Virus record (IMG/VR): IMGVR_UViG_3300037336_000025
Coordinates: 122,313-186,312 of that record
Length of the DNA stretch: 64,000 nt
Origin: a virus
Direction: 5' to 3' (one strand)
Below are positions 49,498-58,514 of the stretch, one piece after another. A program made the position numbers and the translations under genes. Each line of letters begins with the position of its first letter. Position 1 is the first letter of the stretch. The notes below the pieces were generated by a model that worked only from the letters and a program-made list of their open reading frames with translations, did not search any database and had not been told where the DNA came from.

Positions 49498-49571
49498 ACC
49501 TTACCCTTAAAAAAAGACCCCAGGATCTCTCCTGAGGCCGTGAGTTGCTGCCTAATCCGGGAGCGAATCGT

Positions 49572-49877
49572 TTAGGCCGGCACTGCTTCTGTCATCTCGA
49601 CAGTAGCTTCTTCTTGTGAACCCGTAAATGGATTCTTCTTTACCACGTAGGCAACTGCTGCTGTGATAGCCGCGTTGTCTTTGCCGTACTGGGTGGCGAT
49701 CAAGTGCTGAGCGATTTCAGTCTTGGTCATTGCGTGTGGAAGATCGATCAACTGGACATCAGTGTGGCCGTTCTTGGCCAGGATCTTGACACGCATTGTG
49801 TCGTTAGCAAATCGGATTTTAGTTTTACCTGCCAGCGTTGAAACACCTGCAACTGCGAAAGTCTTGTTAGTAGCCAT
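49572..49877 (-). CDS. Hypothetical early protein
   Basis: Own promoter and RBS. Confidence 0.6.
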   Translation of the reverse strand: MATNKTFAVAGVSTLAGKTKIRFANDTMRVKILAKNGHTDVQLIDLPHAMTKTEIAQHLIATQYGKDNAAITAAVAYVVKKNPFTGSQEEATVEMTEAVPA

Positions 49878-49958
49878 TTTAAAATTTCCTTCTGTGTGTG
49901 TAATGTCGATATCGACAGTTAATTATAACATCTTCTAACCAATGTGTCAACCAATCAT

Positions 49959-50135
49959 TTATCCAATTCGTTGGACTTGAATAGTGACACTTTCCTTCTC
50001 GTCTAGGGCGGTGATGAACTCATCGTCATAAACCAGATCCTGCATACTCAAGTCAATCATCTCTTCGACTCGAGCTTCGTCCGCGACACCGTTTCCGGCA
50101 CACTGGACTTCAAATGTAAATTTAATCGTTCTCAT
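49959..50135 (-). CDS. Small acidic hypothetical protein
   Basis: Start reassigned to MRTIKF; the upstream part of the track ORF overlaps another gene. Confidence 0.5.
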   Translation of the reverse strand: MRTIKFTFEVQCAGNGVADEARVEEMIDLSMQDLVYDDEFITALDEKESVTIQVQRIG

Positions 50136-50739
50136 TGGCAGTAGCTCCATCTTTGATCCACTCTGTGAGCTCTTCCTCTTCGTAGACTTCTTCGTATTCG
50201 GCCATGCTGCCGCTGATATCAAACATGTCATCAAGCTCATCGCCAATGGCAGCTCGCACAGTGTCCGCCTTCTCACCACCGTATTCATACAGGTCGTCAC
50301 ATCCATCTTCCCACTTGCCCACATAGGCCATGCCGGGTTCGTAGTAGTAAAGGGTGACTTCAAAGCCTTGCTCTATCAGTGCTTCACAGACTGCAATGGG
50401 CGGGCTCCAAGCTGAATCAAAGGTGCCGTTAAATCCGAGACCATCACTGTCGATCTCAACACTGTCACTCGTCACATCCCACTTGGTTCCCCACTCGGAC
50501 ACATTGAAGTCATACCAATTGCTGTAGCCATACTTCTCGAGGTTGGCAGCGGTCTTTGCTTCAAGCGCAGCCTGCTCTACAGGATCACCTAGGTGGCCTG
50601 ATGTAGTATCAAGTAGCTCTGCAGGGCACGGAACTACCGCTTGGCAAAGACCACCATTACTAAATGCATCTGCAAGTCGCTGGATCTCTGATTGCTGACC
50701 ACCACGGACTGTAATTTGATTTTGGCACCAATTTGGCAT
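50122..50739 (-). CDS. DUF1281/YubB ferredoxin-like domain protein
   Basis: MPNWCQN, WYDF...WGTKWD, FDSAWSPP, YYYEPGM. Confidence 0.75.
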   Translation of the reverse strand: MPNWCQNQITVRGGQQSEIQRLADAFSNGGLCQAVVPCPAELLDTTSGHLGDPVEQAALEAKTAANLEKYGYSNWYDFNVSEWGTKWDVTSDSVEIDSDGLGFNGTFDSAWSPPIAVCEALIEQGFEVTLYYYEPGMAYVGKWEDGCDDLYEYGGEKADTVRAAIGDELDDMFDISGSMAEYEEVYEEEELTEWIKDGATANEND

Positions 50740-50748
50740 GTTCGCTCC

Positions 50749-50940
50749 TTATGTTTCAGTATTAGACAATTGTTCTTCTATCTTGCTTATGAACAACAGC
50801 TCTGCTCGCTGTGCCGCACCCTCGAAAAGCTGACCAATTATACGATATGTCTTTGCCGCGTTCATCTCTGTGACCTCTCCGGCATTGAGAGTTTTCATTG
50901 CTTGGCTGATCCACTTGTACTCTGTAGTGGTAAGCATCAC
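50749..50940 (-). CDS. Hypothetical early protein
   Basis: Coupled ORF. Confidence 0.5.
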   Translation of the reverse strand: MMLTTTEYKWISQAMKTLNAGEVTEMNAAKTYRIIGQLFEGAAQRAELLFISKIEEQLSNTET

Positions 50941-51137
50941 GCCACCACCTTTGTAACTACTCTCTGCATACTGTCTTGGAAGATTTTCTGCTGTTTCTTG
51001 GTCAACTGGCCGAACATATCAACACACATACTCTCGAAGTAACCTGCGGTATAAGCATGTGAGTATTCAGCTTCTTTACATGCTGCGAACTCTTTCAGTG
51101 TCTTTCTGAACTCTTGCTGTGCTGTGCTTGAAAACAT
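50937..51137 (-). CDS. Hypothetical early protein
   Basis: Own promoter and RBS. Confidence 0.55.
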   Translation of the reverse strand: MFSSTAQQEFRKTLKEFAACKEAEYSHAYTAGYFESMCVDMFGQLTKKQQKIFQDSMQRVVTKVVA

Positions 51138-51211
51138 TTGCGTTCCTTTTGTGTCTGTATGTGTATATTATACAACCAATCTGCCAATCTGTCAACCAAA
51201 ATCTTTAACAA

Positions 51212-51421
51212 TCAGCAGGTATAAAATGATCGCTCTTCGTCCTCTTCCTCTTCCTCTTCTTCTTCTTCTTCCTCTTCTTCTTCCAGGATGTCATTCGAAC
51301 GCATCATATCGGCCACATCGTCTTCGCTCATGTAGCACAGCGCCATCTCTGCCACAGCCTGTGCGCTGATCGAGCCTTTGTCCATCATGGCCAATAATTT
51401 AGTAGTTGCTTCACGTGTCAT
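51212..51421 (-). CDS. Small protein with poly-Glu tail
   Basis: 14 consecutive Glu (GAA/GAG); own promoter and RBS. Confidence 0.6.
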   Translation of the reverse strand: MTREATTKLLAMMDKGSISAQAVAEMALCYMSEDDVADMMRSNDILEEEEEEEEEEEEEEDEERSFYTC

Positions 51422-51612
51422 TTTGCGTTCCTTTTGTGTCTGTATGTGTATATTATACGATCAAGCAGCCAATCTGTCAACCAATTTGTCAACTAAGATC
51501 AACTGTGGCTTTCCTACAACACGACCGCCTTTGTTGCTGGCGTAGAGCTCTGCTATTGCACGAATGTAGAACTGCTCCACAGTTCCGTTTGGATAGACTA
51601 CCGTGTATTCCA

Positions 51613-51816
51613 TTATGCCTTCTTCATCATTCGCATCAGTTCATTGTGCAGGTAATCAACTTCATCCTGCGGCACATAGAAGTCACTACGAGGATCATAG
51701 TATGCACCCTCTTTGACATCGTAGTAGAGTGGGCGGCCGCCAATGTTAAACGGTCCTTCTAGTCCCTTGCGGGCAGTGTAACCTTGAAGCACATCGTTGA
51801 CTATTCTGTAACCCAT
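51613..51816 (-). CDS. Hypothetical early protein
   Basis: Start MGYRIV after AAGGAG; LEGPF...LYYD.KEGAYYDP. Confidence 0.6.
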   Translation of the reverse strand: MGYRIVNDVLQGYTARKGLEGPFNIGGRPLYYDVKEGAYYDPRSDFYVPQDEVDYLHNELMRMMKKA

Positions 51817-51880
51817 CTCGCTCTCCTTGTTGCTGTCTATGTGTTTATTATAGCGCCTTTTGGACAACCTGTCAACCAAT

Positions 51881-52090
51881 TTAATCTAAAGCCACTCCGG
51901 GCATAGGGTTTTTACCAGTCCAGTGATCCATTGTGACACAGATGGGATGCTGATGTACTCCTATCAATGTAATTCGATCTACCTGCTTGGCCATTGCTCG
52001 GCACTGCACTTGGGTCTGGACGTACTCCACCTTTTTGTCGATGAAGTCGCCCCCCGGGGTGCTTAACATTATGATCAGCACCCAGTTCAT
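51881..52090 (-). CDS. Hypothetical protein
   Basis: TAATG coupling. Confidence 0.5.
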   Translation of the reverse strand: MNWVLIIMLSTPGGDFIDKKVEYVQTQVQCRAMAKQVDRITLIGVHQHPICVTMDHWTGKNPMPGVALD

Positions 52091-52437
52091 TAGTCCATCC
52101 TTGAGCCAGCGTAGACCTTGTCCAAGCCCAACCGCTCTTTCAGCACCTTGGCGTAAGCATACGCACCTGCTTCTTTAACTGAGATGCTCTGGGTGCCGTG
52201 ACCGCTTGGGTTCCAAATCTGCAGGCTACCTGTGTAGTCTTTGCGGAAGCCAAAGCTCTGAAGCGCCTTGCCCATCTTTGAGTTTGATCGCACACCGTAC
52301 ACGTTAACCCAAGCAAAGCCGCAGGCATCGCGCTCGCCAATCTGGGCAAAGGAAATCGCAGCCGCTGTCTGTGCGTGGAGAGCAGCTTGGGCACAGGCTT
52401 CTTGTACGGCTTCTAAGTTAAAGTCTTTTGCATTCAT
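52090..52437 (-). CDS. Hypothetical early protein
   Basis: CGFAWV...KEAGAYAYA; own promoter and RBS. Confidence 0.6.
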   Translation of the reverse strand: MNAKDFNLEAVQEACAQAALHAQTAAAISFAQIGERDACGFAWVNVYGVRSNSKMGKALQSFGFRKDYTGSLQIWNPSGHGTQSISVKEAGAYAYAKVLKERLGLDKVYAGSRMD

Positions 52438-52505
52438 AGTTCGCTCCTATTTGCTGTTTAAGTGTTTATTATAACACCGATCGTCCAAACTGTCAACCAA
52501 TACCC

Positions 52506-52640
52506 TTACTTCTTTGCGGGCTTCTGTGCTGCTTCGCTGGCTGCGATCTTGCCTGTGTAAGCACTGCCTGCCTTATGGATCAAGCCAGTTGGAGTGATAG
52601 TAACAGTTCCGCCGTTTTTTGTAGTGTAAGTCGTTTGCAT
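52506..52640 (-). CDS. Small hypothetical protein (44 aa) missed by the track
   Basis: Promoter, AAGGA RBS, MQTTYTTKNGG...AKK*. Confidence 0.55.
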   Translation of the reverse strand: MQTTYTTKNGGTVTITPTGLIHKAGSAYTGKIAASEAAQKPAKK

Positions 52641-52827
52641 TGTGTTTCCTTTTTGCTGTTTAAGTGTTTATTATACTGTCTTTTGGACAAGCTGTCAACC
52701 AAAATCTGCATCTTTTGGAAAATACTTTATCGAAGCGTTAAAAAGCCCTACAAGCGGCGATCACTGTAGGGCTTGGGTTATGCACTAGGGCAGGGCCTGC
52801 GCCTGCTGTAGACGGTTTAAACAGGTC

Positions 52828-52995
52828 TTAGAGGTCGAAGTACTCTGAGGGCTCAGTGGGCTCTGGAGCCAGCACACCGATCTCTTCCAACCAATCGTAC
52901 ACTGTCTCAATTGGACACTCTAGCATTAGAGCGATAGTTTTTGGGCGGTGCCCGTCGATATACATTTGCTCGATGTCGTATGCTAGTTCACTCAT
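52828..52995 (-). CDS. Small acidic HTH-like protein (55 aa) missed by the track
   Basis: MSELAYDIEQMYIDGHRPKTIALMLECPIETVYDWLEE... Confidence 0.55.
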   Translation of the reverse strand: MSELAYDIEQMYIDGHRPKTIALMLECPIETVYDWLEEIGVLAPEPTEPSEYFDL

Positions 52996-52997
52996 GC

Positions 52998-53180
52998 TCA
53001 TTTGGTTATTTCCTCAATCTTTTGTTTAGTTTTTTCATACAATGTAGGCTCAGTTACTTCTACAATCTTACTGGCGCCTTTGTGTATCGCCGAGTTTACT
53101 TCTTTAGAAAGATCTTCTACCTGTGAAGGATAGTTCTGATAGATTAGAAAGCCTAATAGGGCGACTATGATATATTGCAT
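52998..53180 (-). CDS. Small membrane-anchored protein
   Basis: N-terminal hydrophobic helix. Confidence 0.5.
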   Translation of the reverse strand: MQYIIVALLGFLIYQNYPSQVEDLSKEVNSAIHKGASKIVEVTEPTLYEKTKQKIEEITK

Positions 53181-53470
53181 TATGCATACTCCCGATCTTC
53201 AATTACAGATAACATATTAGCAGGAACACGCCACGAGCCCTGGACTGTCTTCACTGTGATATACTTGATTGCGATCTTAGTAACTATACCAGTTACATTC
53301 TGTCTTGTAATTGAGTTAGTAAAGTTCACGTTAGCGCCAAGACGCAGGCTTCGCTTGGTTGCCTGTATGAGCTGCGCACGGTTCCATTTGACTGCATCGA
53401 TGATGCTGGCCAGTTGATCGTTGGTCCAAGTGCCGAACATGATTGCTTGGTTGATGTCTTTGATATTCAT
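53180..53470 (-). CDS. Hypothetical early protein (SH3/KOW-like C-terminus)
   Basis: GIVTKIAIKYITV...WRVPANML. Confidence 0.55.
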   Translation of the reverse strand: MNIKDINQAIMFGTWTNDQLASIIDAVKWNRAQLIQATKRSLRLGANVNFTNSITRQNVTGIVTKIAIKYITVKTVQGSWRVPANMLSVIEDREYA

Positions 53471-53590
53471 CTTTCGCTCCTAGTTGCTGTGTGTATGTGT
53501 TTATTATACAACCAATCGAACAAGTTGTCAACCGAAATATACCCTACTAGCAGCGGGGTCTGTGGCTGTTAAACCACAGCCCCTAGCACC

Positions 53591-54817
53591 CTAGCCTACT
53601 TCTTTGTCATAGATCACAGTCTGTCCAAACGGACTGATCATGTTGCTACCTTTAACGATGAACAAGGTATCTGCATAGTCCTCGTCACCCCACTCACCGC
53701 AAGGGTAGCCATCAGTGAACATGATAAACTTCTTAGGCTGGATATCATTCTCTTTCATGAACTCCCAGTTCACCATGAAGTCAGTACCGCCGCCGCCCTT
53801 GGGTTCGTACTCTAACAGGTCTTCGCTGTTGTCATGTGTGATCTCTTCATGAGCATAGATCTCTGTATCAAAGCACCATAGGTTAATCTTGAAGTCTTGG
53901 TACTGGTCCATGATGCCTTTGATCTCGCTAAGGAACACAGTTGCATCTTCAACACCAATTGATCCGCTCATGTCAATGGCCACGCATACATCGATAGTCT
54001 CATCGTTCTTCATGCCTGGCAGGATAGCACCTGACATCTGGCCCTTACGGCTAGGACGACTAAAGGAGTAATCGTTGCGTACGATACTTTGGATGTTCAT
54101 ACGGATCAACTCACGCCAGTTCATCTTAGGCTCAGTCATGTCCTTGATCAGGCGCTGGATACCCATAGGCACTTTGCCTGCACCAGCTGCCGCCGCTGAC
54201 TGGATCATTGCCTGCTTGATCTCATCACGGATGGCCTGTGCTTCTTCCTTAGTCATGCCGGGAACGCCCTTGCCGCCCTTGCCGCCCTTGCCTTCTTTGT
54301 CTCCTTCTTTGCCTTCGCTAGGAGCGTTGCCGTCTTCGTTAATGTGATCGTCAAGCAGGTCACCAACTTGCTTGAGCAAGTCCTCCATAGAGATCTTCTC
54401 AGACTTTTCCCAAAGCTCGTCGTAGATCTCTTCCCATGCCATGCCACGATACTTATTGTCTTGGCAGATATTTACTTCGGTGATCTTGTCGCCGATACGC
54501 TCGTCTACAAGGATCTGATTGACTGCAAAGTCCTGTGCAATATTACTCAGCTGACGATCACGCGATCCTACACGACCAAAGTGGTCAAACACGCAATGAC
54601 AGATCTCATGTGCAAAGAGGAACTCTAGTTTCTTGATAGAAAGTTTCTTAACAAAGTCCACATTGTAGTAGAAGTTTCTGCCGTTAGTTGCGGCAGTTTG
54701 GCACCAATCGCTAGCATCAATCAGTTGCATACGAGTAGCCATGTTGCCGAAGAAAGGAGTCTTCAGTAGCAGGGCAATACGGGCAGTTGTCAGTTTCTCA
54801 ATAATAGGATCATTCAT
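53591..54817 (-). CDS. Metallopeptidase-like plus vWA domain protein (DUF2201 type)
   Basis: TAATNG, HEICH (HExxH), AIDMSGS (MIDAS), GGGGTDF, FTDG. Confidence 0.85.
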   Translation of the reverse strand: MNDPIIEKLTTARIALLLKTPFFGNMATRMQLIDASDWCQTAATNGRNFYYNVDFVKKLSIKKLEFLFAHEICHCVFDHFGRVGSRDRQLSNIAQDFAVNQILVDERIGDKITEVNICQDNKYRGMAWEEIYDELWEKSEKISMEDLLKQVGDLLDDHINEDGNAPSEGKEGDKEGKGGKGGKGVPGMTKEEAQAIRDEIKQAMIQSAAAAGAGKVPMGIQRLIKDMTEPKMNWRELIRMNIQSIVRNDYSFSRPSRKGQMSGAILPGMKNDETIDVCVAIDMSGSIGVEDATVFLSEIKGIMDQYQDFKINLWCFDTEIYAHEEITHDNSEDLLEYEPKGGGGTDFMVNWEFMKENDIQPKKFIMFTDGYPCGEWGDEDYADTLFIVKGSNMISPFGQTVIYDKEVG

Positions 54818-54919
54818 TAGTCGCTCTCCTTAGTATGTATATATTATAGCACCAACGAATCCAATCGTCAACCACTATGTTGTTGTATTACTGCAACAGC
54901 CCTGGCGCTTGAATAGGGT

Positions 54920-54990
54920 GGGCAGGCCCTGCTGAGACAGTCCTGCCCTGCAACGGAGGGGTCTTAATTCTCCATGGCACTTAGAACGTA
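54920..54990 (-). pseudogene. Relic 3' end and terminator of the AAA ATPase gene
   Basis: Minus strand 54990-54964 reads YVLSAMEN*, against the live end YVLVAMEN*; hairpin with the same CTG-CTGAGA-CAG core. Confidence 0.8.
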
Positions 54991-55058
54991 TAAATAAGAG
55001 TGAGGATCGCGATGTACCACCATCCACCCTCTCTAACAGTTTATAAGGAACTATCAGC

Positions 55059-55718
55059 ATGAATATTTACACTCCCTACACCTATCTCATAACATTTCTG
55101 CCCACAGGGCAACAGTACTATGGTGTTCGTACCAAACGAGGCTGCAACCCCACAGACCTTTGGAACAGTTATTATACAAGCTCTAAGGTTGTACGTCAAC
55201 TGATCGCTCAACACGGCTGTGGTGCTTTTACAACACAAGTCCGTAGAACCTTTGCCACCAGAGAAGCAGCATTGCTGTGGGAACATCGTGTTCTCCGTCG
55301 ATTGGATGCTGCCCGTACTCCTCACTGGCTAAACAAGAACAATGGTGATCGCAAGTTCGTCAATGAAGGCAAGACAATGAACGGTAAGAAGCATACCGAA
55401 GATGCCAAACAGCGTATGAGTATTAACAGCAGTGGAGAGAAGAATCCCAATTGGGGAGGAAAGGCTTTTACAGAAGAATCACGCAGGAAAATAAGTGAAG
55501 CTCGTAAGGGATCTAAACACACACCCGAGTCCCGTAAGAAGATGTCGGCGGCTCAGTCTGGGGAGAACAATCCCAACTATGGTAAGAAGTTCCATTGGTG
55601 GAACGACGGCACTCGCAATTCGTTAGTAGAACAATGTCCCGGATCGGAGTGGGTGCGTGGACGCTTATGGAGTGACGGACATAGAGCTAAGATGTTAGCA
55701 TCACGGCACCCTACATAA
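55059..55718 (+). CDS. GIY-YIG homing endonuclease with NUMOD3 repeats
   Basis: YTYLI...YYGVR, YYTSS, E, LN; HTEDAKQRMS and HTPESRKKMS. TATAAATA at 54989 and AAGGA RBS; opposite strand to its neighbours. Confidence 0.85.
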   Translation: MNIYTPYTYLITFLPTGQQYYGVRTKRGCNPTDLWNSYYTSSKVVRQLIAQHGCGAFTTQVRRTFATREAALLWEHRVLRRLDAARTPHWLNKNNGDRKFVNEGKTMNGKKHTEDAKQRMSINSSGEKNPNWGGKAFTEESRRKISEARKGSKHTPESRKKMSAAQSGENNPNYGKKFHWWNDGTRNSLVEQCPGSEWVRGRLWSDGHRAKMLASRHPT

Positions 55719-55720
55719 GG

Positions 55721-55755
55721 AAAAAGGTGGGCTACTGCTGAGACAGTACCCACCC
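55721..55755 (-). terminator. Terminator after the AAA ATPase
   Basis: Minus strand gggtgggtactg-tctcag-cagtagcccacc-ttttt. Confidence 0.7.
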
Positions 55756-55777
55756 TCAATGGAAAACTGGGTCTAAA

Positions 55778-56863
55778 TCAATTTTCCATTGCCACGAGCA
55801 CATATTTGCCAAATCTTTTATGAAACTCTTCGAAGCTCTTCATCTTTGTAGCATCCAACGGCAGGTTGTAGTTTGTCAACGCTGTCTTCGCACCCATCAC
55901 TACCAACTCAGTTGGGAAATTGTCCATCATGTAGCGGAAGAAGTTGTCAGCACCGTCGTCCCAGTTCTTGACTTTCTTCTCTGCACGGTCTTTCAACTCG
56001 TAGCACAAGCTCACAGTCAAAGAGTACATTGCTGAGATCTCTTTAATCTGCAGGTCCTTGACCTTGCCATCAATGATGTCTTCTGCTTTAGGCAAGCGTC
56101 CTGCAATCTTGCGGTGAGCCATAAACTTCACAGCCAAGCCATCACCAACTGCACCACTGATCAAGTTAGTCAGCGTGTCGTTGTCAGTGTCGTCATCTTC
56201 CAACAGCTCGCTCACAAAGCTCCATGAACGTGGAGTAGCGAATGCCTTTGAGCTAGACTTAGGATCAAAGTCATACAGGTCTTGCTTGGCAAAGCCCACA
56301 TAGCCTACGACCTCTGGGTGGATCTTGTTCAGCGTGGCCCAGTCCTGCCAGTCATCAAAGTCTACCTTTGCTTCCAAGTGGACGAAACGGTTAGCCAGTG
56401 GAGCTGGCATACGATATGTCACACCACGATCGCCTTCGCGGTTACCAGCGGCAACCAAGTCAACACCATCTGGCAGTTTGTAAGTACCAACACGACGGTT
56501 CAGGATCAACTGATAGGCCGCAGCCTGCACAGCTGGAGGAGCACTGTTCAACTCATCCAGGAAGATGATTGCGGTGCTAGTTGGATCTGTAGGCAGCTCT
56601 GCTGGAGGCGCCCACACCATAGTGCCTAGGTCGCTGTTGTAGTAAGGAATACCTTTGATGTCAGTAGGTTCCCACAGGGCTAGACGAACGTCGATGACTT
56701 CGCGGCCTGCGTCTTCGCCAATCTGCTTGACGATATCTGACTTACCAATACCTGGAGGACCCCACAGGAACACTGGGCGACGTTTCTGGATTGCCTTAGC
56801 GATAGAACGCTTGGCACTCTTTGGACCCACTTGACGAACACTAATATCTGCTGACTTTGACAT
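55778..56863 (-). CDS. MoxR-like AAA+ ATPase
   Basis: WGPPGIGKS, FLDELN, AAGNR, PLANRF, TPRSW; partner of the vWA gene. Confidence 0.88.
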   Translation of the reverse strand: MSKSADISVRQVGPKSAKRSIAKAIQKRRPVFLWGPPGIGKSDIVKQIGEDAGREVIDVRLALWEPTDIKGIPYYNSDLGTMVWAPPAELPTDPTSTAIIFLDELNSAPPAVQAAAYQLILNRRVGTYKLPDGVDLVAAGNREGDRGVTYRMPAPLANRFVHLEAKVDFDDWQDWATLNKIHPEVVGYVGFAKQDLYDFDPKSSSKAFATPRSWSFVSELLEDDDTDNDTLTNLISGAVGDGLAVKFMAHRKIAGRLPKAEDIIDGKVKDLQIKEISAMYSLTVSLCYELKDRAEKKVKNWDDGADNFFRYMMDNFPTELVVMGAKTALTNYNLPLDATKMKSFEEFHKRFGKYVLVAMEN

Positions 56864-56935
56864 AATAAAGACCCTTCTCAGTTGTTACAATTTGCTTTCT
56901 CAGTGTTAATAGTATAACACCAATCACCCTAGTTG

Positions 56936-57571
56936 TCAAGCTCTTTTTACAAAGTTGAGTTGGGTAGTGTTGTCGCCACGAACACTTTTAATCTTTGCTT
57001 TGATACAGATCTTAGTGCCTGCTTCTAAGTTACTATTATACCAGAAATCAACGAAGCTGTCAACCAGTTTTGCAGTAACCCTATACTTGTCATAGTCTTT
57101 GCTGTAGTAGCACTTGACAACTTCTACTTCGCCCTGGATCTTGTCTCCCACATTGCCTGTGAGCTGGGTTGAGTTGCGGATGTCGCTGGTTAGATCCTTA
57201 CGCTCTTGCTCACGGACCATAGCAGCAGGCAGGCAGCTGACAATGGCAAACTCTAGTAGGTTACGGCCGGTGAACTCATCCATCTGTGCAATACGCAGAG
57301 CCTGCTGCTCGAACTCGTTGATCTTGCCCGATAGCTGTTTAAGCAGGAAGCCGTTGAAGAAGTGTCGAACTTCACGTCCTCGCTCGATGTCTGCGGCAGT
57401 AGCTTCGGTCACAGCATCTGTTCGCAGCCATTCTTTCAGCATCATCTTGTTGGCCTGTGTGATACGCTTGGTGCACTGATTCTCCATCACGTATACATCT
57501 TCTTTGAAGTAGCCGCCGTTGACTCTGTCAGCTGCCACTGCCAATCCCCAAACTTGATCTGCTGTAAACAT
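56936..57571 (-). CDS. Hypothetical early protein
   Basis: Own promoter and AGGAG RBS. Confidence 0.6.
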   Translation of the reverse strand: MFTADQVWGLAVAADRVNGGYFKEDVYVMENQCTKRITQANKMMLKEWLRTDAVTEATAADIERGREVRHFFNGFLLKQLSGKINEFEQQALRIAQMDEFTGRNLLEFAIVSCLPAAMVREQERKDLTSDIRNSTQLTGNVGDKIQGEVEVVKCYYSKDYDKYRVTAKLVDSFVDFWYNSNLEAGTKICIKAKIKSVRGDNTTQLNFVKRA

Positions 57572-57730
57572 GTTCGCTCCTAAGTTCTTACTATGACGCT
57601 AGTATACTATAATTTATCCCGATTGTCAACCACTTTGTTGGAGTTCCAGCCAAGAAAAAAGACTGTGGCATTTCTACCACAGTCCTAAACACTGCCCCGG
57701 GAGCGACTACGGTATGTGTTTGAAAACCCC

Positions 57731-58003
57731 TTAGAGGGTGATGCCCATTGACTTGGCCTTGTAACCTAGAGCCACGATCTCACGGCTGGCATTGCCCATT
57801 TCATATTCAGTGACCATAACACCGTTGCCTGCTTTGCGGCTCTTAGCGTAGATGGCATAACCATTTTGACGCAAGCGGCTAGCTTCTGCAGCCAAGTTAC
57901 CAACGCCTAGATCACTCTTGGCCTGTGCTGGTGTTAGTTTTGCACCATTGTAAAGTGCTTGAAAGACTTTGAATGTCTTTGTATCTTTAGAAATACGTTT
58001 CAT
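57731..58003 (-). CDS. Probable winged-HTH protein
   Basis: KVFQAL..GAKLT......GV.NLAAEASRLRQNGYAI. Confidence 0.55.
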   Translation of the reverse strand: MKRISKDTKTFKVFQALYNGAKLTPAQAKSDLGVGNLAAEASRLRQNGYAIYAKSRKAGNGVMVTEYEMGNASREIVALGYKAKSMGITL

Positions 58004-58093
58004 GTTTAAGTTTCCTTTGTAAAGCTGTTATTTCACAGCATTTAATTAGTATATAACACACAGCGTTGAATGTCAACCCTGCGGTTTACCAAT

Positions 58094-58282
58094 TTACTTC
58101 TTTACAGAAACATTAGCTCGAAGGAACGCACCGAAGATAACCACAGCCAACCAAGTGCCGATAGTGTAAGGGATCTCCAATGCAGGGAACAAAGTGTTCG
58201 CCGCCCAGATGGTAATGACTGGGCCAATGGCAACCAGCACAACGATCAACAGGATACCTAGAATAATTTTAAGCATTGTCAT
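58094..58282 (-). CDS. Small membrane protein
   Basis: Two hydrophobic helices. Confidence 0.55.
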   Translation of the reverse strand: MTMLKIILGILLIVVLVAIGPVITIWAANTLFPALEIPYTIGTWLAVVIFGAFLRANVSVKK

Positions 58283-58514
58283 TCTCCATTTCGTTAATTT
58301 CCTGTTGAAGCTTCAGTTCAGCGATTTCTTTGTCGACTTCTTTCTCTGCCCGTCGACCTGCTGTGGCACTGCCCTTCTTGTAGATCTCCCAATAGTGATC
58401 TTCACAGTAGCTCTTGCCGCCGATACTCTTTTTGCCGCAGAACGTGTACGGCCACGCCTTTTGTTCTGCGCCAATGAACTGACATGTTCTTGCTGGTCCA
58501 AATCCTAAATCCAT
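58269..58514 (-). CDS. GcrA C-terminal-like Cys/His protein
   Basis: TCQFIG......FCGKK..GGKSYCEDH resembles the GcrA C.WP.G...FCG....G.PYC..H motif. Confidence 0.55.
   Translation of the reverse strand: MDLGFGPARTCQFIGAEQKAWPYTFCGKKSIGGKSYCEDHYWEIYKKGSATAGRRAEKEVDKEIAELKLQQEINEMENDNA

Noticed and set aside
49959-50363. 134-aa ORF from the track
   Set aside because: Its first 76 codons overlap the DUF1281 gene in another frame; only the last 58 aa look genuine.
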